A stretch of 64,000 nt of DNA, from contig DJMA01000028.1 in assembly GCA_002436415.1 (NCBI GenBank), positions 67,628 through 131,627 on the forward strand, written 5' to 3'. A model generated the notes under the pieces. The model was not told where the DNA came from, searched no databases, and saw nothing but the letters and a program-made list of their open reading frames with translations. Made by a program: the position numbers and the translations under genes. Numbering within the stretch: the stretch's first letter is position 1; the number at the start of each line of letters is the position of its first letter. Shown piece by piece: positions 1-8,678 of the stretch. This stretch comes from Bdellovibrionaceae bacterium UBA6502 (lineage in GTDB: Bacteria; Bdellovibrionota; Bdellovibrionia; Bdellovibrionales; UBA840).

Positions 1-1
1 T

Positions 2-469
2 AAAATTGAGAAATACGAATCTACAAAATCAACTTTGGCTTCTTTAAGGAAGGTATCGGACCAGTTAAGCGCCATCCCAAATCCACCAGCCGCACCTGCC
101 AGCTCAAGCCTTAGCAACAGTATAAAATCTATGATCTTAAGTGAAGGAGTCAGCGAAGAACAGATTTTGAGCGCTCAAACTTTTTCAGAAGAGAATACGG
201 GACAATTCAATTCCGTGCCTAAGGCAGCTGAGATCACAGGCGTAAGACTTAGTCTAAAAAAACTGAATATCAAACAAATCACCAGCCTACTCTACAAGGC
301 CCAAAGACAAGCGCGACCTGCAAAGATCACTCACTTAAAAATGAGCCCTGAAGGCTCTGAGGCCGGTTTCTTTAACTTAAACTTTGAAATTAGAGGCTTC
401 AATTTACCCGCCGAAGAAGCTCCACAAGAAGAGCCAAGAGGCAGTCGCCGTTCAAGAAGAAGGAAATAA
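2..469 (+). CDS. C-terminal part of a GspM/PilO-like secretion or pilus assembly protein (5' end outside window)
   Basis: Frame 2 is open from nt 2, with no stop before the track's TTG at 35, so the gene begins upstream of the window. It lies directly upstream (11-nt gap) of a GspN-like gene. The family assignment rests on context and general shape only. Confidence 0.3.
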   Translation, partial: KIEKYESTKSTLASLRKVSDQLSAIPNPPAAPASSSLSNSIKSMILSEGVSEEQILSAQTFSEENTGQFNSVPKAAEITGVRLSLKKLNIKQITSLLYKAQRQARPAKITHLKMSPEGSEAGFFNLNFEIRGFNLPAEEAPQEEPRGSRRSRRRK

Positions 470-480
470 GGAAAACAGCT

Positions 481-1425
481 ATGAAAGAAAAAATTCGTTA
501 TTATTTAAAAGTTTTCGCTGTATCCGTTTTGCCTAGTTATTTAATTTTTACCGTAGCTATGTTCCCTTATAGCGAGTTAAGCAACTTAGTAACCAGTCAG
601 GTAGCTAAGTTAAGCGCTAACCAAGTTATCTTACAATTTAAAGACATGGGATTTCAGTTCATCCCATCCCTTGGCTTGGATTTTCAAGAGGTAAAAGTTA
701 AAGGAAGCATGCTCCCTGAATTATCCATGGAAAGCTTAAACCTAAGTCCTAGCATCAGTGGCTTACTGGCATTCAAACCAGGTGTAAGAATTGGCGCCAC
801 AGGTTTGTATGGCGGTGATCTCTTAGTAAATACCAAAGGGGATGAAGAAAACTCCAAAGGCGTTCTAAAGCACGCGATAGACATTGAGGCCAGTAAAATA
901 CTAATCGGCTCTATTTTAAAAGAGGTAAATATTCCGATCAAAGTAAATGGTGAGTTAAACCTCGATCTAAACGGAGTGATTGATCCAAGTTTTACTGATG
1001 AACCTGATTTGAATCTAGATTTTAATATCAGTCCCTTTAAGCTTTCTGGTGGTAACATTAATACCGGTGTTATGGGAGACATTAGCCTACCTCCTTTGAA
1101 CCTTAAAAAGGCTACTTTCAAAGGAAACTTGAAGGCCAACAAATTACGAATCTCAAGCTTTCAAATCGGTAGCACGCAAGAGGCAGTACAAATTTCTTTA
1201 AAAGGAAATCTAGATCTTCGCTTTCAGCCTGGCCCTGCTGGCCCTAGAGCTCGCCCAGGTGCCTATGAATTGGAAATTGAAATCAATGCCGGGCCTGAGT
1301 TTGAAAAAGACTTTGGCCTCTACCTTGGATTTTTGGAGCAATACAAAAGGCCCTCAGGAAATAGAAATATATATTCTATGAAGCTTTCTGGACTGAACTT
1401 CAGACAGCAACCTAATATGCAGTAA
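481..1425 (+). CDS. Putative type II secretion protein GspN-like (single N-terminal TM helix, beta-rich periplasmic region)
   Basis: 314-aa ORF with ATG start. N-terminal hydrophobic helix VFAVSVLPSYLIFTVAMF is followed by a long repetitive beta-type region. It resembles the Leptospira/Bdellovibrio-type GspN by recollection. The coding call is confident; the function is tentative. Confidence 0.4.
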   Translation: MKEKIRYYLKVFAVSVLPSYLIFTVAMFPYSELSNLVTSQVAKLSANQVILQFKDMGFQFIPSLGLDFQEVKVKGSMLPELSMESLNLSPSISGLLAFKPGVRIGATGLYGGDLLVNTKGDEENSKGVLKHAIDIEASKILIGSILKEVNIPIKVNGELNLDLNGVIDPSFTDEPDLNLDFNISPFKLSGGNINTGVMGDISLPPLNLKKATFKGNLKANKLRISSFQIGSTQEAVQISLKGNLDLRFQPGPAGPRARPGAYELEIEINAGPEFEKDFGLYLGFLEQYKRPSGNRNIYSMKLSGLNFRQQPNMQ

Positions 1426-1560
1426 AAAATTACAGCTTAGTTTTAAAGCAAAACCTATTCTTTTTTTAGGGATAAAACTAAGCATTTTTAGAAAAGTCTC
1501 TTTGTTTGCAATGTTTAGTTTTGCCGATATAATTAAGCAGTAATCCACTAACAAAGAGCT

Positions 1561-2442
1561 TTGATTGTGAAATTTTTTATCACCTTTAGTCTTACAATTT
1601 TAAACACAGTTTTTTGGTGCCTAATTCTATTTTTCTTTACTGGCTTAAAAATAATCATGCCAGGAGGGAAGCTTCGCCAGGCTTGTTCGAGAGCCATCCT
1701 TTTTTGTTCAAAAAACTGGATCGCCTGCAACAACTTTATGATTGATAAAATTGCGGGCGTTGACGTGGAAATAGGCTGGAAAGGAAACATTAGCAAAGAA
1801 GGACAGTACCTTGTAATCGCTAATCACCAGTCATGGACCGATATTTTACTTTTGCAAAAAAGCTTTCACAACAAAGCCCCTTTCTTACGTTTTTTCCTAA
1901 AAAAACAACTCATTTGGCTTCCCTTTTTAGGCCAAGCATTTTTGGCATTAGACTTTCCCTTTATGAACCGATACTCCAAGGAGTATCTAGAAAAACATCC
2001 TGAGAAAAAAGGCAAAGACCTAGAATCAACCATTCGTTCTTGTCATAAATTTGCAAAAATCCCATTTAGTCTCATTAATTTTCCAGAGGGAACGAGATTT
2101 ACGAAAGAGAAATACCAAAAACAAAAACCCAATTTTTCAAAACTTCTCAAGCCAAAAGCTGGTGGTACAGCCTTTGCTCTTGAATCCTTCGAAGGTAACA
2201 TCAGAAGTCTTATTGATGTCACTATTTTTTACCCCGAAGATTCTCCTCATATCGTTGATTTTATGAATGGTAAAATTAAAAGAGTAATCATTGAACTAGA
2301 AGAAAGAAAAATACCTGATCACTTCGGTAAATGTAGTTATTTAAACGATCCTAAATACCGAGAAGAGTTTCAAGATTGGTTGAATCAAATTTGGCTTGAA
2401 AAAGACAATAGATTAAACAAGCTTAAAAACGAGGCAAGGTAG
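1561..2442 (+). CDS. yihG: YihG-family lysophospholipid/glycerolipid acyltransferase
   Basis: HX4D acyltransferase motif (NHQSWTD) and FPEGTR motif. Collinear similarity to E. coli YihG across most of its length (FLKKQLIWLPFLG, RSCHKF, KPKAGG, WLNQIWLEKDNRL). TTG/GTG start region. Confidence 0.8.
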   Translation: MIVKFFITFSLTILNTVFWCLILFFFTGLKIIMPGGKLRQACSRAILFCSKNWIACNNFMIDKIAGVDVEIGWKGNISKEGQYLVIANHQSWTDILLLQKSFHNKAPFLRFFLKKQLIWLPFLGQAFLALDFPFMNRYSKEYLEKHPEKKGKDLESTIRSCHKFAKIPFSLINFPEGTRFTKEKYQKQKPNFSKLLKPKAGGTAFALESFEGNIRSLIDVTIFYPEDSPHIVDFMNGKIKRVIIELEERKIPDHFGKCSYLNDPKYREEFQDWLNQIWLEKDNRLNKLKNEAR

Positions 2443-2668
2443 TCCGGAGCTAAATTTCATTTATAGATGAAATTCCATTTCACTGCCTACTTTGATATCA
2501 TTTCCGGTTTTCAGTGCTGCACTGAGGCTTAAGCGGCAAAGACTTTTTCAATCTTGTTGCCATTCCCCCAGAGATGTCTGATATAAATATATAACAGCCC
2601 CAAAAAGCTAACGGAAAGCTCGCCTTTTTAACAGCTACCGCTTTTTGGTAACAAACAAGGAGAAAAAT

Positions 2669-3097
2669 ATGGCAGGAATTAACAAAGTAATGATCATTGG
2701 TAGACTTGGACAAGAACCTGAGCTTCGTCAAACAGGTAGTGGACAAGCGGTTTGCACATTAAACGTAGCTACAAGTGAAAACTGGACAGACAAAGAAGGT
2801 CAACGCCAAGAAAGAACCGAGTGGCACAGAATCGTAATCTGGGGACGCCAAGCTGAGAACGCTGCTAAGTACTTAGCTAAAGGTCGCCAAGTATATGTTG
2901 AAGGTAAACTTCAAACTCGTTCATGGGAAACTCCACAAGGCGAGAAAAAATACACTACAGAAATCGTAGCTAACAACGTTCAATTCCTAGGTGGTGGAAA
3001 CGCAACAACTTCTACTAGCTCGAATGATTCAAAAGATTTCTCTCAAGACTTTGCTCCTGAGCCTTTCTTTGACAGCAACGAAGAAGTGCCTTTCTAA
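2669..3097 (+). CDS. ssb: Single-stranded DNA-binding protein
   Basis: [22 protein letters not shown]... OB-fold consensus with an acidic C-terminal tip [17 protein letters not shown] at 2657-2662, 6 nt before the ATG at 2669. The track ORF start at 2645 is probably too early. Confidence 0.95.
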   Translation: MAGINKVMIIGRLGQEPELRQTGSGQAVCTLNVATSENWTDKEGQRQERTEWHRIVIWGRQAENAAKYLAKGRQVYVEGKLQTRSWETPQGEKKYTTEIVANNVQFLGGGNATTSTSSNDSKDFSQDFAPEPFFDSNEEVPF

Positions 3098-3122
3098 GGA
3101 ATACTTCCTCTTAAAAACAAAA

Positions 3123-3153
3123 AGACAAGCCCTCATGGCTTGTCTTTTTTTTT
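3123..3153 (+). terminator. Rho-independent terminator after ssb
   Basis: agacaagcc-ctcat-ggcttgtct stem-loop (9 bp) followed by a T9 run. Confidence 0.85.
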
Positions 3154-3179
3154 GATCTTAACAATAAAGATTTTATGAA

Positions 3180-3335
3180 TTATCTAGGCGAACAAGGTAC
3201 ACAGCTAAGATCGTTTTGAATGCTTTGGCCACCATCTTGGAGAACAAATGATTTCTTAGTTTGGTTTTGTGTCAGAACCAAAATAGAAAACAGAGCCATA
3301 AAAAAAACTAGAAAAGACATTCGTTTAAGTGTCAT
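3180..3335 (-). CDS. Small exported peptide (51 aa), hypothetical
   Basis: AAGGAGG RBS 6 nt upstream of the ATG at 3335. Signal-peptide-like N-terminus MTLKRMSFLVFFMALFSILVL. Short mature part ending in LSCVPCSPR (two Cys). Confidence 0.45.
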   Translation of the reverse strand: MTLKRMSFLVFFMALFSILVLTQNQTKKSFVLQDGGQSIQNDLSCVPCSPR

Positions 3336-4025
3336 TTTGACCTCCTTTAAGAGTCTCAGCATATATAAGAGCAAGGCCCGTACCAAGTGACTAGATCCAA
3401 TATATTCATGCTAGAACGAAATAGATTAGATTCCAAGCAAGAACTACTGAATTTATTACAAACTTTTTTAAGCCCCCGGTTCATAATGCACCTCATTAGC
3501 AGTGGCTAGATGCATTTTAACACCAGCTCTTTCTCTCTATTGCATAAAAGCAGTTAAAACTGACACCAGCACGGCTTCATCTACTTAAAACTGGCTTCAC
3601 TGAAGATTGAAAAGTAATTTAAACGGAAGTTCCAGGTTTTGACTTTTAAAAACTTAAAGTGCTACTATAAGAATATATTGGCTATTATCACTTGAGATTC
3701 AATTAAAGCGCTTTAATACGCAATATATTTAATCATTATTAATTTAACTTATATCTAAACGAAAAAATGATCATTTCCTTTTTTTAAACATCTCCCTTAT
3801 AACATACTCACATTAGCCCAGAGGGGGGCTGATGAGGGAAATCAAAAGTCTTATTTTATAGCTGGGTGCCCAATTCTGGGGGGAAGAGGGCACCTGGTTT
3901 AGCTCTAAAAATCTTCGCAGAGAAATAAAGCAGTTCTAGAAAAATCCTAGCCAAAACAATTGCAAATGCCTAATCTGATTCATAGTAGTTTGTTAGTTAA
4001 CAATAGTATTTATCAGGGGGAAGCT

Positions 4026-5306
4026 GTGTCTAATTTAAAAATGACTGGTTTTGGAAATCACTTTGAGTCTGAGGCAATTCCAGGACATTTACCCATTGGC
4101 CAAAACTCCCCACAGCAAGTAAAAGCTGGTCTATACGCAGAACTTCTCACCGGAAGTGCATTCACTCAGGAAAGACAGGCCAATAAAAAAGTTTGGCTAT
4201 ACAAGCTTCGTCCTAGCGTTACTGGTACAAAATTAAAAGAAGTGCATTATGAAAAATTCCAATCTTTCGTCAGTTCTGAATATAACACTCCAGAACAGCT
4301 TCGTTGGCTACCTATGCCAGACTCAGCTCCAAACACAAATTTTTTAAATTCTATTTTTACTATGGTTGCTTGTGGCTCCCCAGGAGAAAGCGGAGGGGCA
4401 ATCCATCATTATAGTTTCAACACTAGTATGAGAAACCAATACTTCTACAGCGCTGACAGTGAGAGTTTATTCATTCCACAAAAAGAAAGTCTAATCATCT
4501 CCACTGAAACAGGGAAGTTTCACATCTCCCCTCTCGAGATACTTATTATTCCTAGAGGAATGAAATTTAAAGTAGATCTCGAAAAAGAAGGCCAAGAGGC
4601 AAAAGGATACTACTTTGAAAACTATGGTTTGCCCATGGGCCTACCAGAGCTTGGCCCCATTGGCAGCTCTGGACTTGCAAACCCAAGAGACTTTGAAACC
4701 GCAAAGGCAGAATTTGAAGAAAAGCTTGGCGAATGTAAGTTAACGCGAAAATTTCAGGGAAGATTTTGGGAAAACACCGTCCCAGACAGCCCCTTAGATG
4801 TAGTTGCCTGGCATGGCAATTATGTTCCTTTTAAATATGATTTAAGAAAATTTAACACCATCAACAGTGTTAGTTTTGACCATCCAGATCCAAGTATTTT
4901 TACGGTTCTCAGCTCTCCTAGTCCAATCCATGGCAAGGCAAATATGGACTTCGTAATTTTCCCTCCTCGCTGGATGGTGGCAGAAAACACTTTCCGTCCA
5001 CCTTATTACCATAGAAACCTCATGAACGAATATATGGGCTTAATCCATGGCACTTACGACGCCAAAGAAGAAGGCTTTTTACCTGGTGGCTCAAGCCTAC
5101 ACTCATGCATGAGTCCCCACGGCCCCGAAAAATTGGTTTTTGATAAAGCCACCAAAGCAAAGCTAGAACCGCAATACTTAGCGGATACAATGGCCTTTAT
5201 GTTAGAGGGTCATCACATTTTTAACCCGACAAAACAAGCCATGGAAGCTGGTTTTAAAGACGATAACTATAGCCAGTGCTGGAGTGGCTTGGATAGAAAC
5301 TTTTAG
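4026..5306 (+). CDS. hmgA: Homogentisate 1,2-dioxygenase
   Basis: TGFGNHFESEAIPGHLPIGQNSPQ N-terminal signature, AELLTGSAFT, and a C-terminal HRN..EYMG / SLHSCMSPHGP iron-site region. The GGGGGA RBS favours GTG 4026. The alternative start is ATG 4041, and the track start at 3960 is unlikely. Confidence 0.9.
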   Translation: MSNLKMTGFGNHFESEAIPGHLPIGQNSPQQVKAGLYAELLTGSAFTQERQANKKVWLYKLRPSVTGTKLKEVHYEKFQSFVSSEYNTPEQLRWLPMPDSAPNTNFLNSIFTMVACGSPGESGGAIHHYSFNTSMRNQYFYSADSESLFIPQKESLIISTETGKFHISPLEILIIPRGMKFKVDLEKEGQEAKGYYFENYGLPMGLPELGPIGSSGLANPRDFETAKAEFEEKLGECKLTRKFQGRFWENTVPDSPLDVVAWHGNYVPFKYDLRKFNTINSVSFDHPDPSIFTVLSSPSPIHGKANMDFVIFPPRWMVAENTFRPPYYHRNLMNEYMGLIHGTYDAKEEGFLPGGSSLHSCMSPHGPEKLVFDKATKAKLEPQYLADTMAFMLEGHHIFNPTKQAMEAGFKDDNYSQCWSGLDRNF

Positions 5307-5668
5307 GCCGGAGAAGAGGTTTCTAAACCCTCTTCATTCCATGCGATCATGCCACCTTGAAGATTGTAGACTTTTGAGAAGCCACTTTCTTTCATATAGT
5401 AAACCACAGAGGCGGAACGTTTCCCGCTTCGACAAACGATTACGTACTCATCTTCTTTATCCAAAGAATGAATGTATTTTTCTAAATCAGGCCCCATACA
5501 CACCAGCTTAGCGCCTTCTACAACACCCAATTCCCCGTTCCACTCCTCTTCAGTGCGAACGTCGATTAAATTAGTGCTCTCTTTTAGTGCATAAACTTGC
5601 TTAGAGGAAACTTCAGGAATACCTTCGGTGGAAACATAACTTTCAGAAAAATTGTCTACTTTTGCCAT
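5303..5668 (-). CDS. Single-domain rhodanese (sulfurtransferase)
   Basis: 121 aa with the active-site loop CRSGKRS and the typical LIDVRTEEEW start of the rhodanese fold. Its end overlaps the hmgA stop by 4 nt (convergent genes). Confidence 0.8.
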   Translation of the reverse strand: MAKVDNFSESYVSTEGIPEVSSKQVYALKESTNLIDVRTEEEWNGELGVVEGAKLVCMGPDLEKYIHSLDKEDEYVIVCRSGKRSASVVYYMKESGFSKVYNLQGGMIAWNEEGLETSSPA

Positions 5669-6016
5669 AGCTAAGTTTATCCCATTTCAGCCCCAGAACA
5701 AAGTAATCTTGCTATATTGCTTAGAAATAAACTCATAAGCACTTAAAATTCCATAGTAAAACCTTTAGTCGTTTTAAGTGGACTCCATCTACAACAACCT
5801 ACACAGCAAGTTCTCCCGCCTTTGTTTTTTAGGCTTTGATGAGGAAATGAAACAGAATGTAATTTGCACCATTAGCTTTCCTTATTGCTTTGGCCATTTT
5901 CATAAAGATATTACCGGTTTAGGCTTGCTTGCAAAGCATTGGATGACATTTCTAGTTTCGAGGAGGATAGTCCCTCTTTTGTTAAACCATTCCTAACTTT
6001 CAAAGGAAGCATCATT

Positions 6017-7102
6017 ATGGAAGAACATATTAAAAGCTTGTTCAAAGCTATTCTCAGTAGCTCAATTCTCCTTCTATCTCTCCAAGGCATAGCCCACGCA
6101 AATGTATTTTGTGACGTATCTGCAGAATATCGCCCAAGAGATCCTAATGCAATTCCTGGAAATCAAGTAGTGATCACAGAAGCACTCAATGGCAAACAAG
6201 AAACCAAGTCTTATGATTTAGTGTATGACTTCATGAAATCAGATCGTGGAGCGGTGTACATTCGTCAGGAAGGTGATCGCCTAGAAAGAATTAAAAAAGC
6301 GAAAGTATACATCGTTTTACTTCACGGTGTGGGAGCCGATTACTCCAACCCTACCTCTATGCTTCATCAATACGAAAACTATTCTGGTTATATTCCACCA
6401 GAAAAAGCTAGAAGCCTTGCTCAGGAAGAAATTGCTAAACACAATTTTCCTCTTGAAGATGTTTACATCGAAATTCTTCCTTTGACAGGAAGTACCTTTG
6501 GTGGAACTCCCCATGAGCGAGTGAAAAACATGAAAATCTATACTCGTCCTATCACTGAGCACATTAAAGAAGTAAAAAAAATAAACCCAAATATCGTAGT
6601 CGCTGGGCACGGAAGAAGTTATGGTTCTACTACCCTAGCCGCTATCTCTCACAGAAACCCTGGTTTGTTTGATAAATTAACTCTAGTCGCTCTAGGATTA
6701 ACCAGCTCTGATAACATTAAGAAAAACACCGAAAGCATGAAAGAACACGACGAAACAGACAGCAATCTTGTGTTGGATTGGGCGTGGTTGAAATGGGCTG
6801 ACAGAATCTTAATGCAAGAGCAATGGTGGAAGTTAAAAGCCGGTCAAAAAGCTTTTGGCGGCGCGAGAACCTTAATCTATGTTGGCGAAAGAGATTGGCA
6901 GGTCAACCGCTCTGAGAGAAGGTCATATCACCAAATGGCATTTGATAACCCGAATGTTCGCTTTGAGATTGTACCAGATTTAGAACACGATGCTACTAGC
7001 ACTAACACCAAACAAAATACCATTGCAAGAGTAGCAATCATTAAAAACATCGAATCCTTGTATAACTTTTTCTCTACAACGGATACATTTGAAAAATACT
7101 AG
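6017..7102 (+). CDS. Exported alpha/beta-hydrolase-like protein, hypothetical
   Basis: AAGGAAG RBS 7 nt before the ATG at 6017. Signal peptide ...LLLSLQGIAHA. Nucleophile-elbow-like GHGRSYGS and a late HD pair. The track start at 5939 lacks an RBS. Confidence 0.55.
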   Translation: MEEHIKSLFKAILSSSILLLSLQGIAHANVFCDVSAEYRPRDPNAIPGNQVVITEALNGKQETKSYDLVYDFMKSDRGAVYIRQEGDRLERIKKAKVYIVLLHGVGADYSNPTSMLHQYENYSGYIPPEKARSLAQEEIAKHNFPLEDVYIEILPLTGSTFGGTPHERVKNMKIYTRPITEHIKEVKKINPNIVVAGHGRSYGSTTLAAISHRNPGLFDKLTLVALGLTSSDNIKKNTESMKEHDETDSNLVLDWAWLKWADRILMQEQWWKLKAGQKAFGGARTLIYVGERDWQVNRSERRSYHQMAFDNPNVRFEIVPDLEHDATSTNTKQNTIARVAIIKNIESLYNFFSTTDTFEKY

Positions 7103-7110
7103 AAAACCAG

Positions 7111-7146
7111 AAAAAAAAGACAAGCACAGTGCTTGTCTTTTTTTTA
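7111..7146. terminator. Bidirectional terminator between convergent genes
   Basis: A8 - agacaagcac/gtgcttgtct hairpin - T9. It serves the + gene ending at 7102 and the - gene ending at 7144. Confidence 0.8.
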
Positions 7147-7590
7147 AACCATCTGTTCAGAATTTTCCAACACAAGCTTTCCATCATCCAGCCAAGCTTT
7201 GGCTTTTCCCATGATTTCCGCCCGAGCCTCTTTAACTTTACTTAGTGCTTGAGGCCCCATCATTTGCATCTCATCTTTTAGCATCTTTTTTTTTCGCGAA
7301 GAAAAAACAGAGAATATCTTGGATTGATAGTCTTCGCTCATTCCTCTTAACGCTAAACATAGCTTTTGATCAGAAATTTCTTTTAAAAAATTAGACAGAC
7401 TTAGGGAGCTAGCAAATGCTAGATCTTCAAATTGAAACATTCGCCTCTCTAGTTCTTCAGCTACATCAGGATCCGTAGCAGCAATTTGTTTTAACAAATT
7501 ATCTCTATGCTCTGGGTCTAAACCAGCAAGGGCTTCTAGAGCATGAGTAACTCCAAATTCTGAAACTTTTGATTTCTTTGCATTAGACAT
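7144..7590 (-). CDS. Stand-alone FliG C-terminal-domain protein
   Basis: 148 aa. MFQFEDL, LCLALRGMSE, SSRKKKMLKDEM and MGPQALSKVKEA align with the FliG_C hallmarks of E. coli FliG (MFVFENL, LIALKGA, SQRAADILRDDL, RGPVRLSQVE). The N- and middle domains of FliG are absent. Confidence 0.7.
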   Translation of the reverse strand: MSNAKKSKVSEFGVTHALEALAGLDPEHRDNLLKQIAATDPDVAEELERRMFQFEDLAFASSLSLSNFLKEISDQKLCLALRGMSEDYQSKIFSVFSSRKKKMLKDEMQMMGPQALSKVKEARAEIMGKAKAWLDDGKLVLENSEQMV

Positions 7591-7691
7591 AAGCCCTTAT
7601 CGGCCTAGGTCTAATTAAAATGTAGGGATATCTCAAATCGAAACAGCGACAAATACGAATTAAATAACAAAGGCAACTTTGTCGTAAAAAA

Positions 7692-8678
7692 TTAATCTAA
7701 AAAACTCACAATGCTTCTGCCGCTATGCTTAGCTTGCAGAATGTCTTGGCAAAGCTCTGGCACTTGCTCTAAGCCTATCACTTGTTTTTCTATTTTTGTT
7801 AAAGCCTGCATAAAGCTCTTATCTGCAAATAGGTCACCCCAAAGATCACGTCTTAATTTCATTGGACTGTTAGCACTACTAACACCTAGCAGATTCACAC
7901 CACGTAAAATATGAGGCATGACCGAGGAACTAAAAAATGCATCACTCGCCAATCCAATGGAAGCAACACTTCCAAAAAGATCTATATGAGAGAGTAGTTT
8001 CGCCAAATACTGACCGCCTAAATTATCGATGGCCCCTGCGTACAAAGCCTTTCCAAGAGGAGTCTCTTTTTTTGCTATCTCTAACTCATCAAATCGACAA
8101 ACTTCGTTTGCTCCGAGATTTTTTAGATACTCGAACTTTTCTTTTTTGGAACTAATGGCAATCACATCATATCCGGCAGATGCCAATAAAATCACAGAAA
8201 AGCTTCCAACACCACCACTAGCCCCAGTCACCACCACTGGTTTATCTTTGGGTAAATCATTTTTTACAAGCTGATGCATTGCTAACTTGGCAGTATATCC
8301 AGCCGTACCAATACACATACAGTCTTCAAGAGATATATGCTCAGGGACTTTTACCAATAAATCTTCGGGTGCATACAAAACACCACACAAACCGCCATCT
8401 CTGGTTTCACCAAAACCTGAGCCATTCACTAATACTTTAGAGCCAACAGGAAAACCATTTGAACTAGAACTTTCCACAACACCAGCTGCATCAATGCCTG
8501 GGATCATTGGATAGGACTTTAAAATTTTTGACTCTCCCAAAACAGCCAAAGCATCTTTGTAATTTATAGAACTATACTGAACGCGAATCTTAAGGTCAGT
8601 ATCATTTAGCTTCTTGGGGCTCAACTCCCCAATATGATAAGTGTTTTTTTCTTTTGATTTAACTAAGATTCCCTGCAC
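7692..8678 (-). CDS. yhdH: YhdH/AcuI-family NADPH-dependent acryloyl-CoA/quinone oxidoreductase (MDR superfamily)
   Basis: SSINYKDALAVLG, PMIPGIDAAGVV and VVTGASGGVGS are collinear with E. coli YhdH. Confidence 0.8.
   Translation of the reverse strand: MQGILVKSKEKNTYHIGELSPKKLNDTDLKIRVQYSSINYKDALAVLGESKILKSYPMIPGIDAAGVVESSSSNGFPVGSKVLVNGSGFGETRDGGLCGVLYAPEDLLVKVPEHISLEDCMCIGTAGYTAKLAMHQLVKNDLPKDKPVVVTGASGGVGSFSVILLASAGYDVIAISSKKEKFEYLKNLGANEVCRFDELEIAKKETPLGKALYAGAIDNLGGQYLAKLLSHIDLFGSVASIGLASDAFFSSSVMPHILRGVNLLGVSSANSPMKLRRDLWGDLFADKSFMQALTKIEKQVIGLEQVPELCQDILQAKHSGRSIVSFLD

Noticed and set aside
3829-3843. CTGATGAG...GAAA string resembling the hammerhead ribozyme core.
   Set aside because: No helix II can form between CUGAUGA and GAAA, because only two nucleotides separate them. 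No matching helix I/III or cleavage-site context was found. This is a chance resemblance.
7597-7604. GCCGATAA (sigma-28 type -10 element) immediately upstream of the FliG_C-like gene. Also GCCGATAA at 28963-28970 and ACCGATAA at 27539-27546, upstream of two response-regulator genes.
   Set aside because: None has a TAAA -35 element at the expected 15-nt spacing (27518-27521 has TAAA, but with a 17-nt spacer). An exact 8-mer is expected about twice by chance in 2 x 64 kb under uniform composition. The pattern is suggestive but unsupported.
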